Below, in pieces: positions 37,459 through 51,289 of a DNA stretch of 64,000 bases. The DNA lies in the NCBI RefSeq assembly GCF_006345805.1, contig NC_043010.1, positions 37,820,001-37,884,000 on the forward strand. Direction: 5' to 3'. The position numbers and the translations under genes were made by a program. The DNA comes from Octopus sinensis. Its lineage: Eukaryota. How positions within the stretch are numbered: position 1 is the stretch's first letter; every line of letters begins with the position of its first letter. The notes beneath the pieces are model-generated. The model had not been told where the DNA came from. It saw nothing but the letters and a program-made list of their open reading frames with translations, and did not search any database.

Positions 37459-38104
37459 TTAATTAATTGAATGCCACGCATCCATTTCCAAGTGTGTGTG
37501 TGTATATATATATATATATAGACATGGGACAAAGTACAGAAGGTTGACCTCAGGATGCTGAACCTTTCAGTTGAGATGACTAAGGACTGAGATACCTGGT
37601 ACCTTGCTGTACTCAAGAAGACCCTTACTCCACAGCGTAAGTGTTAAAGCTGCACTCCCTGCTGAAAAGGATTGGCCTGCAAGAACCTTGTTGCTGGTGT
37701 CACATAAAAAGCACTCGTGCCGGTTCCACGAAAGAAGCACTCATGCAATGCCATATAAAAGCACCCAGCAAGCACACTCTGTAAAGCAGGTGGCATTAGG
37801 AAGGCCATCCAGCCATAGAAACCATGCCAAATCACAGTGGAGCCTGGTGCAGCCCCCTGGCTTGCCAGCTCTGATCAATCTGTCCAACCCATGCCAGCAT
37901 GGAAAACATGTTGAATGATGATGATGATGCTGATATATATATATATATCTGAAGGAAGTGCTTTCCACTATCACCACCACCAAGTTACTTTACTTATTCC
38001 AATCAAATTCTTGATTACATTTGAAAAAAAATTAATTGAAGCACGTGAACCATGTGTAGTTTTCATAGATATAGGGTCACGGGGAAAGGTTAAGCAAGGC
38101 ATAC

Positions 38105-38330
38105 CTCTCTACTTGCTTCTGTGTAATTCTGTTGAGAAATCAATAGCACTGCAGCAGCTTGCCCAGTTTAACTCTTTGCTGTCTTCAATCAAATACGCGG
38201 AGCTCTCGAGTCTCTTTTGTTTCTGTTTTTTTTTTTTTTTTCCCCTCTCTTCTATTCCACCATCGGTATCTTTAATCGACTTCAGTCCACAACCTTATAA
38301 AAACATAATAGAAACAGCATCGACAGCACT
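38105..38330 (-). other. Candidate non-coding (5'UTR-like) exon
   Basis: Minus-strand donor GAG|GTATGC at 38104; unique purine-rich sequence with retained CpGs; all frames closed; 5' end not defined. Confidence 0.2.
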
Positions 38331-38682
38331 GTTTTTATTTTAAACATTCCTTCTTTTATCTCAATCAACAATGGACATTATTGTGTTGTCCCCTGCCTGT
38401 ATCAGTATCACAAACTAGATAGAATACCAAATCAACTGTGTGATGTAATCAAAGCAAGTTCGGTTGGCCTTTTTTTTTTTTTTTTTGATTGAGGGATGTG
38501 TGTGCTTTTTTTCTTCTTATTTTTAGCGATGTTATCATTAATATAGAAGCTCACTGATGATTGCGATAGCACTATTTACTTTTGTTTTTTTGTTTTTCCA
38601 ATCTTTTATTTTCAAAGAAATTTGTGAGTGGTTTTAGGCTGCTGTTTCTAGTGCTTTGCATAGACGCTCCGCTGTCGACTTG

Positions 38683-38915
38683 CTTTCCAAAGAAACTGTA
38701 AATTTTGCTGCTGGAGGGAAGGGTTTACCAAAGATTTTTCAAATCTTTCGCCTTGCTTGCTTACTGCATTTATTTTATTGCATTTTATTTTATTTTATTT
38801 TATTTTATTTTAGTTTTGGCTCACTTTTCAAAGAAGCTATAAATTTTGGTGCCAGAGGGATGGGTTTAACAAAGATTTTTCAAATCTTTCTCCTCGTCTG
38901 CATATTGCATTTTAT
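38683..38915. repeat. Diverged local tandem duplication (141-bp period)
   Basis: CAAAGAA(A/G)CT(G/A)TAAATTTTG..CAAAGATTTTTCAAATCTTTC at 38688 and 38829. Confidence 0.85.
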
Positions 38916-39019
38916 ATTTGTTTTTAGTGAGTGTGGCCATAGGGATAGATATGGTATTAAAATTGTAAATCTAATCATATTCTATTAGCAGAATATAGAA
39001 AAGAATAATTCCAAATAAA

Positions 39020-39077
39020 ATATGCATATATGTGCGTTGTATATGTATGTGTGTATATAGTGTGTATGGATGTGTGC

Positions 39078-39119
<42 letters not shown>

Positions 39120-39430
39120 ATGTATGTATGCAACTGCGTAAATATATATATATATATACATATCTGTGTGCGTGTGTGTGTATATATATATATATATATG
39201 TATGCAACTGCGTACATATATATAATATATATATATTTACATATCTCTGTGTGTGTGTCTATATATATATGCATGTGTATATGTGTGTGTGTATATATAT
39301 ATGTGTATATGTGTGTGTGTATATACATACATGTATGTGTGTATATATATATATATATATGTATGTATATGTCTGTGTGTATATATGTATACATGCATAC
39401 ATGTACATGTGTGTGTATGTATTTATATAG
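39020..39430. repeat. Compound (TA)n/(TG)n microsatellite
   Basis: Direct reading. Confidence 0.95.
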
Positions 39431-40029
39431 ATATCTTAAGCAACAGAAACAAATATAACCAAACCAAAATCTGTTTCATTTTTTTTTCCCCTGCCTTTCA
39501 CTTTGGAATGTAAGCAGCGCAGCAAGGAGTGATGGCATTAAATACAAAATGCAAACACCAGAATGTTGAAATGCATGTTGATGCAGCTGACAGGTCTTTT
39601 AACCCTGTTAATACCAACCAGCTTCAGACTGCCTCTAGGATAAAAACTAACAAAACCCTCATTTTAAATTGTTCATATTTAAATTAATAACCTTCCATAT
39701 GCAATTTTTATGTAAAAACCATTTTTTTTTAAATTTTCAAGCTGTTTCTTACATCAACTTAAAACATGCACATAAATGATCCAGTGAGGGATCTGTTGCT
39801 AGAAATAGCAGCCAATCTTCCTCCAGCTGACACACTGCCATCTTTAAATAAGGAAAGGTTATGTTAGATAGTGTACCCCTTAAAAATATGAGATGGTCAT
39901 GGCTGGTATGCTTTTCGTCATAAGCCTACTCCATCATAAATTGATCTGCTGTAAATGTAAAAGTTATTTATTTTTACTAGATCCATTTTTATAATAGATT
40001 ATTATTATTATTATTATTAGTTCTTCTAA

Positions 40030-40284
40030 AAAATTATTATTATTATCATTAAGATGGCGAGCTGGCAGAATCGTTAGTATGCAGGATGAAATGCTTAGAA
40101 GTATTTCGCCTGTTGCTACGTTCTGAGTTCAAATTCTGCCAAGGCTGACTTTGCCTTTCATCCTTTTGGGGTCAATAAATTAAGTACCAGTTGAATACTG
40201 GGGTCAATGTAATCGACACATCCCCCCCTCAAAATTGCTGCCCTTGTGGAAAAATTGGAAACCATTATTATTATTATATTATTA

Positions 40285-40323
<39 letters not shown>

Positions 40324-40720
40324 GACAGTGAGCTGGCAGAATTGTTAGCACACTAGGCGAAATACTTAATGGCCTTTCATCTGCTTTTTTGTGTTCCAAG
40401 TTCAAATTCTGGTGAGGTCAACTTTATCTTTCATCCTTTTGGGATTGATAAAATAAGTACCAGTTGAATCCTGGGGTCAGTGTTATCAATTTATCCCCTC
40501 CCTGAACTTGCTGGCCTTATGCCAAAATTATTATTATTAAGACAGTGTGCTGTTTGGATCGTTAGTGTTTTGGACTAAATATTTAATGGCATTGTAACAT
40601 TGCTTCTGGCAATCTATGTTCTGAGTTCAAATTCCACCAATCTCAACTTCATGCTTTCAGGGTTGATTAAATGAAAAAGTACCAGTCTAGTGCTGATACT
40701 TGTGCTCTTCCAACCAAATT
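40030..40720 (+). mobile_element. Three head-to-tail SINE family B copies separated by (TTA)n
   Basis: Copies at about 40053, 40323 and 40540, each preceded by ATTATTATT. Confidence 0.85.
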
Positions 40721-41061
40721 GCTGCGGTGGTGGTGAGGTAGCCAGGGTGGTGGTGATGGTGATGATACTGTTGGTGTTTTAAGCTTAAAATGATCCAGGG
40801 TTGTATTTTTAACTCCTCTATGTCGATAAAAATGCAAAGTGCCTTGTGATATGCTTACATTCCTAGGACCAAGAGTTATAAATGATTACAAGTGGTAGTT
40901 TATTGTTACTATCATAATTATAATTTTTTTAAAACCTTTGGAGACAAAGCCTGTTGATATATCTATCTGAAAGAAAACAACCATTTTTGCCTGATACTTA
41001 CAGAATAAGGATTGTTTGTTTGTACATCCAGTTTTTTCCCCCAGGCTAACATAGGTTAGAC

Positions 41062-41318
41062 AAGTGGTTTTCAACCAGGGTCCATATGACCTTTGGGGGT
41101 CCATATAAGGTTTTGCTGTTAAGGCTTATGTGCAATGAATTGGTTATACTTCTAAAATACACAAAATAGTTTAACAATTTTTCTATACAATTCCTAATAA
41201 TATTTAGTGTTAAAAATGTAGGATTTTTTAAATCTTGAATGACTATGTGGGTCCACCTGAGCAAAATAGGAATCAAAGGGATCCACAGGTAAAAAAAGAA
41301 ATAGTTAAGAATCACTGG
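41062..41318. mobile_element. hAT-like MITE
   Basis: Termini (C)AAGTGGTTTTCAACC / GTTAAGAATCACTG; imperfect 8-bp flanks GGTTAGAC / GATTAGAT; sibling at 61183-61416. Confidence 0.7.
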
Positions 41319-41740
41319 ATTAGATGAATCTATTATTGAGGCATTGTTATAACATCCGGGTGCCTTTCCTGTTACTAACCCATACCAGTTTTTTTGAGTA
41401 AGGGATCTCTAATTTCACGCGTCATTAACTGTGTGAAGTGAGCAGGTGATTTGATGATGGAAGTGACAACAACAACAGTAGCAGCAATGCTTGCAGTGAA
41501 CAATGTTCATACACCTCAAATTTACACAAAACAACTTTGAAGAACAATAATAGTTTATTGACATCTAAAGTAGGTGTCTCCCATACTGAAGTTCAATAAG
41601 CAGAAAAATATTTTTTGATAGTTCATGGTTATCAACTAGTGTTGCTATAAATGCGAATAAAAATCCAAATTGAGGGAGTGGAGCTATATATATATCTATA
41701 TATGTATATAATATATATATAATATATATATGGAGATAAA

Positions 41741-41781
<41 letters not shown>

Positions 41782-41784
41782 TTT

Positions 41785-42125
41785 CACAGCGTCGCCTTTC
41801 TGGCACTTGTGCTGGTGACATGTGAACAAAACATTCGAGTGAGGTCATTGCCGGTGCCGCTGGACTGACTCCTGTGCAGGTGGCATGTAAAAAACACCAT
41901 TTGAGTGTAGCCGTTGCCAGTACCGCCAGACTGGCCCTCGTGCCGGTGGCATGTAAAAGTACCCACTACACTCTCAGAGTGGTTGGCATTAGGAAGAACA
42001 TCCAGCTGTAGAAACTCTGCCAGATCAAGATTGGAGCCTGGTACAGCCATCTGGTTCACCAGTCCTCAGTGAAATCGTCCAACCCATGCTAGCATGGAAA
42101 GCGGACGTTAAATGATGATGATGAT
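41785..42125 (+). mobile_element. SINE-like element with internal 65-bp units (about 3) and an RTE-like (GAT)n tail
   Basis: GGTGGCATGTAAAAA units followed by GGTTGGCATTAGGAAG..AACCCATGCTAGCATGGAAAGCGGACGTTAAATGATGATG. Confidence 0.75.
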
Positions 42126-44554
42126 GCTGATGGTGCTCTGTCAGTTATGATGACAGGAGTTCAAGTCGATCTGATCAATGGAACAGCCTACTTGTGAAAT
42201 TAATGTGAAGTGGCTGAGCACTCTACAGACATGTATACCCTGTAACCTTAATGTAGTCCTCAGGGAGATTGAGCATGATTCAGAATCAGACGAGGCCGGC
42301 CCTTTGAATTACAGGTACCACTCATTTTTGCCAGCTGAGTGGGCTGAAATATGACACAACGCACTGTTTGGAATTGAACTCACAACTGTACCCTAACCAC
42401 TACACACACACACACACTGTTTAAAATTCTGTTAAACAATGTCTGATCCAAGTTTCAGTCGCCAAAGGAAAGTATAAACATTTTCGAAAAATATTCAGTT
42501 TGACCCCTATTGAATGTAAATAATGGGGGCTAATTTGTTGGTGGTTCAGTTGTTTTATAAGGGTTAAAGAAGCCAGCATCATCATCTGTACCTTAATCTC
42601 TTCCACTACCCCCTGGAAATGCAGGTTGCGGAGTTGTTGTTTAACCCTGGGTCAGTCCTGATCAAATAGACCTATGATCAGAGATGTTCCAGCTGGGACC
42701 ATGTTACCCTTTTAAGGGTATCTAGGATTAGATTATTCAGTTGATACTCTCTCTCTCTCTTTTACACTTTTACTTGTTTCAGTCATTTGACTGTGGCCAT
42801 GCTGGAGCACCGCCTTTAGTCGAGCAAATCGACCCCAGGACTTATTCTTTGTAAGCCTAGTACTTTTTCTATCGGTCTATTTTGCCGAACCACTAAGTTA
42901 CGGGGACGTAAACACATCAGCATTGGTTGTCAAGCGATGTTGGGGGGGGCAAACACAGACTCACTTTGGTTAGGAAGTGTTCCTGACCATTGCAGTACCT
43001 CTGAGTCTGGTGAGAATAGGAAAATGGCTGTTTAGATTAACCCTTATGTTCCAAATATCCTGTTTTACTAAATTCTGTATTGTTTTTGAAAATTAATTCA
43101 AACAAAGCCAGTGTCTTGCACCAGAAATATGGTCAAGTCAGTCTTCAGGAAAAAAAAAACAAAAACACCCACAATCCTGGACAGGAACAAGCCAAAATTG
43201 AAACTTACATATGTTGCTTCATGTGTTAGAAATAGCAGCCAAGCCTCCCTCAAATTACACTATACCCTCTTGAAAAGGAAGTGGCAGGAGTCTCAACTAC
43301 TTGATATAGTCTTAGTTATGCAATTATAGAAAATGATTGTGAGTGGTGAGATCTACTCACAAGGCTTTGGTCAGCCCAGGACCAAAGTAGAAGACACTTG
43401 CCCATGATGCCACACAGTAGGACTGAACCCAAAACCATGTTGCTGAAAGCAAGCTTTTTACCACGCAGCCACACTCATGCTTACCACCACTCATGCACCC
43501 ATAGCAACACCTGTGCCTGTATAGGCCTGTATATACATCCTGATGTATGTAGATGTGCTAAACATCAATAAGTGTTTATAGATCACAAATCTACTTAGTC
43601 TGCTCTCATTGTTGCTAAACAACAACAAGGACATCAGCTACAGCAAAAACATGATGGTCATGGAGGGAGTGTCAATGGGATGACTCTTGGAAGAATTAGA
43701 TTGATGGTAAGTTCCTAGTGCAGGGGTAGGGGACAATATGTGGACTGTGGTAAAATGGGTAATGATAGGAAGAGACATGGGGTTGCCCTGAATATCTTAG
43801 AGTAATATCTGAGACAGTACTCAGCACGAGAATACTGGCGCACCGTACCATAGAGGTACCATCTTGTCTGGATTTCTTCTTGGTCTTTGGATGCAAAAAA
43901 ATAAAGAAATAAATAAGTGAAAACAGGGAAAAAAAAAAAAGAAATAAGTGGAAAATAAAAAAAAAATCCCAAATATCCAATATTTAATTGTATTGCGTTG
44001 GGATGCCATTCTGTAACGATCTTAAAACTACATGCCAGAACCATCTGTTTGAATCTGGGTTTCGTTTAATCCTGTCGAGTGGTGGGGGGTGGATGTGGGG
44101 GTAGTGGGGTCTGTTGGATTGTGTCTGGGAGTGGGGGTAGGGGTGGTGGAAGCGGTGGCGGCGGCGGATTTGAGTTATTTTGATATTGATTTTGAAAATT
44201 AGAAATGCGTTCGTCCTTCCCTCTCTCCTCCCACTCCCCTCCCTTCTCTGAATGTTTGCTCTTGATTATGTGTGTACACGTATGTGTGTGTGTACATGTA
44301 TGTATATGTATATGTATGTTTGTATGTATATGTGTACGATTGTAAACATGCAGATTTATTTATGTTTTGAGTTTCGGTTTTCTGTTTATTGTGTAATGTA
44401 TAGTTGCACATGTATGTATATACATGCATGTGTATTTTGTGTTTGTGAGTGTATATGTATATATATATAAACATGTATGTACATATACACACACACATGC
44501 ACTTTCTCAAACATACATTATTTATACTTGATATAGTTGTAAATGAGCACTATT

Positions 44555-44930
44555 CTTTTATTTGTTTCAGTCATTTGACTGTGGCCATGCTGGAGCACTG
44601 CCTTTAGTCGAACAAATCAACATCCAGGACTTATTCTTTGTAAGCCTAGTACTTATTCTATCGGTCTCTTTTGCCGAACTACTAAGCTACAGGGACGTAA
44701 ACACACCAACATCGGCTGTCAAGCAATTGTGGTGGGGACAAAAGCACACACACACACACACACACGCACACATGATGGGCTTCTTTCAGTTTCCGTCTAC
44801 CAAATTCACTCACAAGGCTTTGGTTGGCCCAAGGGTATAGTAGAAGACACTTGCCCAAGGTGCCACACAGTGGGACTGAACCCAAGACCATGTGGTTGGT
44901 AAACAAGCTACTTACCACAGCCACTCTTGC
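44555..44930 (-). mobile_element. SINE family A
   Basis: Full pattern; further minus copies at about 42760, 45845, 46860, 58320, 60115 and 63950. Confidence 0.85.
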
Positions 44931-45499
44931 GTCTATATATAAATATATATATATAGATATAGATATATATATAATATATGTACTGTATGTGTATTATATT
45001 TGTATGAATATTTGTGTATTTGTAAGTATGTAAATATTATGTGCCCACACGTGTTCCCACTCACACACACACACATGCACACAATTATATATGTTTGTTC
45101 AGATAGCTAGCTCGCTATGAAAGCTAATCAATTAGTTTATAGATCGCCATTGGTTCCTCGGTCGATTGTTATATTTGCAGTTTAGTTTTATGTCACTGCT
45201 CTGAATTGGAATACACATTCATGCACACACACACACAACCACACACACACACACACACACAACCACACACATACACACACACACATTTCGAAGCTCTTAA
45301 ATAAGATTTCATTGCATAGACATTCGAAATGCAAACATTTCAAAGCCTATAACACAACACGTGCTGACACACACGCACAAACATACACATGCACGTATAA
45401 TAAATGAGTTTGTTTTTTTTTAGTGCGGATGTATATAATGCGTGTTATTTGTGTGTGAGAAACTCTGTGTGTGTGTGTGTATGTATCTATGTATGTATG

Positions 45500-45835
45500 T
45501 ATGTGTGTACAAAAGCATGTATGTATGTATGTGTGTATGTGTGTGTGAAAGCATGTATGTAATTAGTATGAAAGCATGTATGTATTTGTATGAAAGCATA
45601 TATGTATGTGTGTGTATGAAAATGTATGTATGTTTGTATGAAAGCATGTATGTGTGTATGTATGAAAGCATGTATGTGTGTATGTATGAAAGCATGTATG
45701 TGTGTGTATGAAAATGTATGCATGTTTGTATGAAAGCATGTATGTGTGTGTATGTGATGTGTATGAATGTATGTATGTGTGTGTATGGAAGCATGTATAT
45801 ATGTATGTTTATGTGTGTATGAAAGCATGTATGTA
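45500..45835. repeat. Minisatellite-like array of GAAAGCATGTATGT(GT)n units
   Basis: Unit of about 24 bp, repeated about 12 times. Confidence 0.85.
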
Positions 45836-48585
45836 TGTATATATTCTTTCTTTCTTTTTCTTGTTTCAGTCATGTGACTGTGGCCATGCTTGAGCACTGC
45901 CTCAAAGGGTTTAAGTTGAAGAAATTGACCCCAGGACTTATTCTTTGTAAGCCTCAGCCTCTTTTGCTGCTCTGCTAAGTTTACAGGGACATAAATCTCA
46001 CCAGCATTGGCTGTCAAGTAATGGCAGTGGACACACATACGCACACATCATCATCATTTAACATCCATTTTCCATGATGGCATGAGTTGGACAGTTTGAA
46101 AGGAGCTGGCAAGCCAGAGAGCTGGACCAGGCTTCTGTTGTTGGTTTTAGCATGGTTTTTATAAGGCCATGAACTGCACCGCTCTCCATCATCTGTTTTT
46201 GCATGGTTTATACTACTGGATGCCCTTTCCAATACCAACCATCTTACAGAATGTACTAGGTGATTTTTACGAGGCACCAGTGGTTTGTATGTGACACCAG
46301 CATCAACAGGGTTACCAAGTAATCTGCTAGACAAAATCCCCTCAGCTGGAGAGTAGTATTGAGGTGGTTGGGGTGACTTTGTGCCAGATTAAAGGTATAG
46401 AGTGATAGATGTCTTGCTGCAGAGTAGATACATGGATACTCCAGTTGGAAAAGAAAGGAGGGTGATATCTATCTATCTGTCTGTCTGTCTGTCTATTTAT
46501 TTATTTATTTACTTATTTATTTATTTATTTATGTATGTGGTATGTTGAGCATTTTTTTATCAAACATTAGAAAGCATTATTTCAAGTTAAATTTTGCAGA
46601 AACTCTCAGCAATCTAAAGAGTTATGATGTAGTTTTTACATTCCTGTAATGCTCCATATCCTATCTGTCAAATTGCCTTTCAAAATTGAGCAGGTGTATA
46701 TGCTCATATATACACAATGATCTTGCACACATACCATTATGTCTACTGGCATGCATAATAAATACAAGCACACAGATCATTATGAATCTACATACATAAT
46801 ATATACAATACACACACACACACATATTTGTATGCATATGCAGATTTTATATAATATACTCTTTTACTCTTTTACTTGTTTCAGTCATTTGACTGCAGCC
46901 ATGCTGGAGCACCACCTTTAGTCGAGCAAATCAACCCCAGGACTTTTTCTTTGTAAGCCTAGTACTTATTCTATCGGTCTCTTTTGCTGAACTGCTAATT
47001 TACGGGGACATAAACCCACCAGCATTGGTTGTCAAGCGATGTTGGGGGGACAAACACAAATACACAAACACACACACATATATATACATATACATATGAC
47101 GGGCTTCTTTCAGTTTCCGTCTACCAAATCCACTCACAAAGCTGTGATTGGCCCGATGCTATAGTAGAAGACACTTGCCCACGGTACCATTTAGCGGGAC
47201 TGAACCCGGGACCATGTGGCTGGTAAGCTAGTGACTTACCACACAGCCACTCCTGCGCATATATATATATTTTTCCTGATTTTTTTTCTTATTTTTCCTT
47301 CTTTTTCTTTACTCTTTTCCTCTTTCCGATGAAGAGCTATGCTTGAAACTCTAACAACTCTCTCCTTTCACTGAAACTTCAAGATATTATATTGCTTGTG
47401 CATGTCCTCATGTTTATTGTTTTTCTTTTTTTTTTCTGTTTTTTAATTGTTTCTTCTTTGACTTGACTATATATATGTAACGTTTTGGAATACACAAGGT
47501 GATGGCACAGCTGGAAGCCAATAGCCAAGGCTGAAGGGAGACAATCATTTACCTTCGTGATCTTTGGTGACTGCAAAATGGGGGCATGGCCGGAACTCGA
47601 TGGCCAATGGCAAAGGGAGATAATCACCTATTGTTTACCTTTATAGCTAAGCATTTTCCCCCTTCCATATTTTGAAGAGGTCTTAGGCCAACAGGTTTGG
47701 GGTCTGATGATATGCCGTAAGGCCAAACCCCTTATGGATGGGAAATCAAGGGTAACCCCATAAACCAGCCTCCCTCATTATAATATATATGTATATATAT
47801 ATGTGTGTGTGTGTGTGTATATATATGTGTATATATACAAAGGAAAAGGATCAAAGTCCTCTAGCCATGGGCTCATAACGGTAATTTCTTGGAGTCTGTG
47901 TGGCATATTAAACCCTCACCACCATCACTGGATAGGACGCTGGTCTGTTGCAGAATTAATCATTTTTGGCAGCTGTGTGGACTGGAGCAATGTGAAAGGA
48001 AGTGTTTTGCTTATGGACACAATGCATCACCCAGTCCAGGAATTGAAACCGTAATCTTATGATTATGAGTGCAACATCCTAACCACTAGGCCACATACCT
48101 CACCATATACATACATAGAATATATATACATGTGTGTGTGTGTATTTATAATATGATACAAAAACATAACAATGCTTTCCAAACATTTACATATCAACGC
48201 CCCAAGGACTTCTGAAATCTGTTCAACTTGACAGCCCAACATGATTGGTCTGTTTCTGAATTAGCTATCTCAAGGAAATTCACATAATTAGGTTTAATGA
48301 CTTAACAGCTGTCGTTCGCCTCATGCAGTTTTATTTGCTTATTCTGTAGTGAAAGATAGATGGATTGCCAGATGACAATTGATGTACTATAGTTGACAGA
48401 TCGATATCCTGTTGACATACATACATGCCTATACGCACACTCACACAAAGATTGATAGCTCTATGTTGAACATATACAGCTGTGTAGATGATTAGATAGA
48501 TATGCGTGCACTGATAAATATATGTGTGGGTATATATGTATACATATATATGTGTGTGTGTGTGTATATATATATACATACATAT

Positions 48586-48633
<48 letters not shown>

Positions 48634-48793
48634 GTGTGTGTGTGTGTATGTGTGTGAGGTCGACTTTGCCTTTCATCCTTTCGGGGTCGATAAATAAAGT
48701 ACCAATTTCGCACTGGGGTAGATGTAATCGACTTAATCCCTTTGTCTGTCCTTGTTTGTCTTCTCTGTGTTTAGCCCCTTGTGGGTAGTAAAG

Positions 48794-48836
<43 letters not shown>

Positions 48837-48859
48837 CATGCATATATATATATATATAA

Positions 48860-49070
48860 TACGTGACCGCATGTGTATCGTTGGCGATTTGTTTTTCCTC
48901 CGTTTTCCCTTCCTTGGATCTTTCCTTTTTCTATGTTTCTGACGAAGAGCTCTGCTCAAAACGTTAAATCCTCCTTCTTTCTTTCCTTCCTGAGCGTCCA
49001 ATAATACTTGTTCCACGTCCTTGCATTGTTGTGTTTTCTCTTTGTGTTTTCATGTTTGGATTAACTTTAT
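48860..49070 (+). mobile_element. Short Penelope-like repeat with a hammerhead-like motif at 48935-48969
   Basis: GTTT CTGACGA A GAGC TCT GCTC AAAA CG TT AAA; (TA)n on both sides; relatives at about 47270-47470 and 57000-57205. Confidence 0.55.
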
Positions 49071-49326
49071 ATATATATATTTGTATGTATAACATCATCT
49101 GTATCATCATCATCATCATTTCAACATTTAAATTCAGTTTTTCATGCTGACATTGGTTGGACAGCTTGATAGGAACTGGCAAGGCTAAGGGCTGCACCAG
49201 GTTCCATAGCCTATTTTGGGCTTGTTTATATTGCTGAATGTCCTTAATGTGCTGGATTTTACCTCTGTTATTTGAATCAAACTAGTTTATTTTCTAATAT
49301 AGGACATGAATATTTCTATTTCTATG

Positions 49327-49358
<32 letters not shown>

Positions 49359-50544
49359 ATGTATTAAAAGTCAGTTTCATTCTTGCTCGCTTGCTTGTAA
49401 TGTTACTCAGCGAATCTGGCGCATGATAAATACCATGAATTAAGTTTAACTTGAAATGTTAATACAAATTGAATGAAACAAGTTTCACATAAATTGGTAG
49501 TTTCAAGATATTAAAGATTTTTAGGGTATAAATACCCAAAACGGTGCATAATCGGAAAATGTTCTGAAAATTATCTTCATTCTGAAAGGGAAGAAATTCT
49601 TGTCTTTTTATTAGACAGTAAGTTGACAACGAAAAAATAATGATTTTTTTTAACAATTTCTGTCGTCGCTTTTGTTAAGCACAATATTTTTATCATTTAC
49701 AAATATTTTAAAGTGAATGTGATTTCAAAGCTGTAAGCTGTTTGTACAGTATATTTTAGCTTTCTTTAAGCAGACAATATTTTAATGTTTTTTAAAATTA
49801 TTTTCGAGTACCATTACAAAAATTTTTTTGGCATATTTAAGAAATATCCTCAAGTGAAAATGACTTAAAAAATACTGTCGATATTTTGTAAAAGACCCAT
49901 TTGTGTCCTCAGTGTGAAATAGTTTTTTTCAAGTGCATTCAATATATCTCCCCTCCAAAGATTTGGCTATTATTTCTAGCACACGCTGCTACCACGTAAC
50001 AGCTATTTGCAGTAAAGGATCCAAAATACCTGTTTTGTGGTAGCAGGGCGTGCAAGAAATAACAGCCAAATCTTTCTGACCCATGAAACAAAACTCTGTT
50101 GCTGGGAAAGTTAGAGTTTCTCGGTGACCCAATGGGTGACGGGTAGTCTAGTATATATATGTAATTTTTTAATTGCTCCAGTTATTGAGACTGCGCCAAT
50201 GTTGGTACATTGCATCAAAGGGTTTAGTCAAATGAATCAAGACTAGTACTCACTTTTTAAAACCCGGTACCTATTCTATTAGTCTCTTTTGCTGAACTGC
50301 TAAGTTATGGAGACATGTAAAAGATAGATGATACCATTGAATGTCACTGATTTGTGGGAATTTCTATTATGAAAACCAAATGCTGGACTTCTTTTTCCAT
50401 GTCTTTGAGGAAATTTTTCACCAGCCCAATTTTATATAAAAATGTTGACAACAAACTTTAGCAAGTGCTGATTTAGAGATTCAGCAACAATGTTATATGA
50501 ACCAGGTTGAAGGGCTTCTCAAGATGATCATTTGCTTTACTCAC

Positions 50545-50592
50545 CAGTCTTTGTTGTATGCTTGACTTCCTACAAAGAAACCGCAAATCTTC
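50545..50592 (-). other. Candidate 48-nt exon (reading KICGFFVGSQAYNKD in phase 2-2, or EDLRFLCRKSSIQQRL in phase 0-0)
   Basis: Acceptor TTTTTCTCACTACATGTTTATTGTAG and strong donor CTG|GTGAGT; unique sequence; no homology recognised. Confidence 0.3.
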
Positions 50593-51289
50593 CTACAATA
50601 AACATGTAGTGAGAAAAACTTGTAAAAAGTATTGTATCTGGTGCTATAAAATTACTTTAGATAAAGGCGTGAACCATGGAGCTCAGCAGACTCTTTTGCC
50701 AACCCTAAATCTCTTACTTCAGTTGTTCAGTTGTGTTTGTGTTAAAAGCTTTCTTTGGTTTTCATCAGTTCTTGGGAGTTGATATGATACCGAGGTGTCC
50801 ATATCATCAAATGAATGTGTGTGTGTTTTTGTGTGTGTCTGTGTGTTGGAAATGAGGCTGACTTGGTATCTGTAAAATAAAATGCTTATTTATTCACACA
50901 CAGTTTTAAATTAATCATACATTATCTCATTGCTTTGAGATTTCGATAATTACTTTGTAGAGTAAGTAATTACATTGTAGAGTAAGCTGGATCGGGTCAG
51001 TTTGAACTTATAACAGGTAGAATATTTTGGCCCGATATGGTCAGTTTAAATGCTGAAGGGTTAAAATGCCCATGTGGTCACGACAGACGCAGGCTTCCTC
51101 TCAGCCTCCAGGCTGTGTCAACTGAAGAGAGAGAGAGAGAGAGGTACATAGCACTGGTACTTTATTGACCCTAATAGGATGAAAGATAACGTTGACATCT
51201 CAGCAGAATTTGAACTCGGGCATCAGAGAACTAAAGTAAACATTGCAACTTGTTCTTAACATCTGTGCTAGTCAACTGCTCTGTATATA

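Noticed and set aside
43629-43706. Plus-strand exon ending ATG|GTAAGT
   Set aside because: Body overlaps family D repeat motifs (CTAAACAACAAC, GATGGTCATGG) and the acceptor is poor
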